From the NCBI GenBank assembly GCA_032718475.1, contig JAUCBJ010007515.1:1-62252 (forward strand): a stretch of DNA of 62,252 nucleotides. The letters run 5' to 3'. Numbering within the stretch: position 1 is the first letter of the stretch; every line of letters starts with the position of its first letter. The notes under the pieces were generated by a model. That model had not been told where the DNA came from. It was given only the letters and a program-made list of their open reading frames with translations, and made no database searches. The DNA is from Nemertoderma westbladi. Its lineage: Eukaryota > Animalia > Xenacoelomorpha. Of this stretch, positions 60,079-62,252 are shown piece by piece. The position numbers were made by a program, and so were the translations under genes.

Positions 60079-61984
60079 CAGTTAGGTACAATGGCCAAAT
60101 CTGGCAATGATTGTGATTGCCATATTTGGCAACCAAGCAAAATCTGGCAACAATTCTGATTGCCTGATTTGGCAACTATATAAAGCCGTTGTTGCCATAT
60201 TTGGCAACTTAACTAACTCATTGAATATGGATTTTATGGTTCTGCATCATTAAGTCCTTCTACTGTTCTATGGCAGTACTGCAGTATGGTCATTCCTTAG
60301 ATCCTGAAATGTTAATGTTAGGCCTAGAAAAAAGGCAAAGGGGTACAGCGTACAGGTTATACTTATACCAGTAGTGGCATATTCTAAGTTCTAACCAATA
60401 CAGCAATATATCCTAATAAATGAGGTGAGAATGAGAGTCAATAACACAGACTGACTGGTGATAGATTTTTTTGCTCTTTTGAGATTTTTGCTAGTAATCT
60501 CTGGCGCTGCTTGGGGAGGTGGTTGATTGTTGTTTGTACCAATAATAGTTTAGTAGGTAACGATTGTAACTGTGTAATGCTGATACAATTGCCCAGTAAT
60601 CTAAATCATCCTTCACTCTATATCAGTTCAGTATATCTATCTTTCCATTCCTACATCTCAGTATACAGACATATTATGAAAATAATTTCATCCCGTTTTT
60701 CATTAGCTGATTAGGGCCTACTAGAAACAATTTGTTGAATCCCTTAACCTGTTAACACGCGTTTTGGTTTTCTCAGTCTTTCTAAATTTTGACACTATTT
60801 TTCTTCCGTCACGCCGTTTCTCAAACTTTAATGCCCCCTTGCCTTCTTGCTGCTTGCTGCCTTTTGGTGATGTTAACGTTCTGACGTTGTCAAATATTAT
60901 TACGTTTATTTCCATTTCAGCCTTTGAAGCATGTGATTCTTTAGATTTGTTTATGCCTAGGGCCTATACCATAGGCAGATAGCTGGATAGGGCCTATAGG
61001 CTACCAGTCTACCAGTACGGTATCTGTTACAGACTCATCCATCTGTCCATTAACATATTAACAACATATCAAATAGGCCTACATTCTGACATTTCATCAA
61101 CTAATAATGTTTATAAATCATCACAACTCGACAAGGGTAAGCAAGCAGTAAGCAATTTTGAAGTACTACTACTACTACTACTACTAGGATCGGCATGCTG
61201 CATTGCAGCTGCATTTTTAAGAATGCTGTGCCGGCTTGTCAACAAAATTGCACCGCCACAACTCCCTATCACCCATGACATTGGCTAGATCATCTGCATC
61301 TTTAAGGTCAGTGTCCTTTAAGATGCGTCTCAAGAAAGTCATGGGCTGTCCACCATGCTTATTCACTCCATGAGGCTGCCAAAGTACAAGATTATGCACT
61401 GGCTGGTCCTCACGGCGAAAGCAATGTCCTGCAAAGCGGAGGCGATTTTGTTCTAGTGTCAAGCTTGGGGGAACCAATGAGACGCCTCCAATGTTATATA
61501 GTGTCTGGTTGGAGATGTGTGCATTGTACTTGACACAATGAACCCGGCGTAGCATTCTTGTGAATGTGCCATCCAGAGATTTGGTGTCCTCAGCAGTTAG
61601 AGCCCAGCATGGACTCCCGACATGGACAATCATTTTGAAGTAATTTACAATGACAGAGTTACTGACAGGGCTGCACAATAATAATTGTTGCCAAAAATGG
61701 CAACCATTATTTTTCTTTAATTCTAATGGTTGCCAAAAATGGCAATAATTATTTTAGGCACATTTCGGCCTATTGCTAAGAGAAATTCAGACGATGATTT
61801 TTTTTTCTTATACGGTCAATTATATTTAAATTTCGCGCTCTTTTCACTTAACTATTTACCAAAATGCGATTTTGCTTCTGGGCTTGCGAAAATTAGAAAA
61901 ACCAAAAGTTGCCAGATTTGGCAATAAACATTGCCATATGTGGCAACTTTTGAGGTTGCCAGATTTGGCCATTGTACCTAACTG
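60079..61984. mobile_element. Non-autonomous TIR DNA transposon with 5-bp TSD
   Basis: Perfect 29-bp TIR CAGTTAGGTACAATGGCCAAATCTGGCAA; GCATA at 60074-60078 and 61985-61989; repeated TTGCCA.ATTTGGCAA subterminal palindromes. Confidence 0.88.
61166..61631 (-). mobile_element. 5'-truncated RTE-like LINE nested in the TIR element
   Basis: LDGTFTRMLRRV...RLRFAGHCFR..LVLW..DRELWR C-terminus, (TAG)n tail, 11-bp TSD ATTTTGAAGTA (61155-61165, 61632-61642). Confidence 0.9.
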
Positions 61985-62252
61985 GCATATTGTTCCTTTA
62001 CCTTTCACCTTTATATTAAACATTAAACAGTCAGACAGTACAGGCAGAGCTGCAGAGGCACAGAGACAGTACAACAAACAACAACACTACAACAGCTGAA
62101 CAATAGGGCAGCAGCTAAGCCAGTAAGCACGTACAGACGTAGGCCCCTACGGTATTTGGTATTTTGTTAAAAATGATTAATTAAAACTTAATTAATTCAG
62201 TCTGTCAGTAGGCCCTAATAAAAAATAAATAAGCTAATTAGGCTGTTAGGCA

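Overview
AT-rich, repeat-dense eukaryotic (very likely invertebrate animal) genomic DNA; no prokaryotic operons or CRISPR arrays. It holds four recognisable host genes, each a single uninterrupted ORF: an RNF14-like RWD-RBR E3 ligase (+), CRYZL1 (-), ATP23 (+) and the meiotic helicase HFM1/MER3 (+, 1932 aa). Mobile DNA includes two RTE-like LINE copies and a young Mag-like Ty3/Gypsy element (265-bp LTRs, 5-bp TSD, integrase mostly deleted), which sits inside a foldback-type TIR element that itself interrupts a decayed LINE. There are several non-autonomous DNA transposons with clean TSDs (8-bp hAT-like, 9-bp MULE-like, a 5-bp-TSD CAG-terminated element), Helentron/HINE-like dispersed repeats, a 6.1-kb 41-bp satellite with a telomere-like motif, and several hairpin-forming minisatellites. 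The most notable signals are the intronless coding sequences, short TA-flanked insertions (TACTGTA, TACCGGTA, TAGGCCTA) that look like accumulated transposon excision footprints, and a tRNA-like Pol III head fused to an array of UUCG-tetraloop hairpins. All calls were made by eye from the sequence and the ORF track; no database searches were run.
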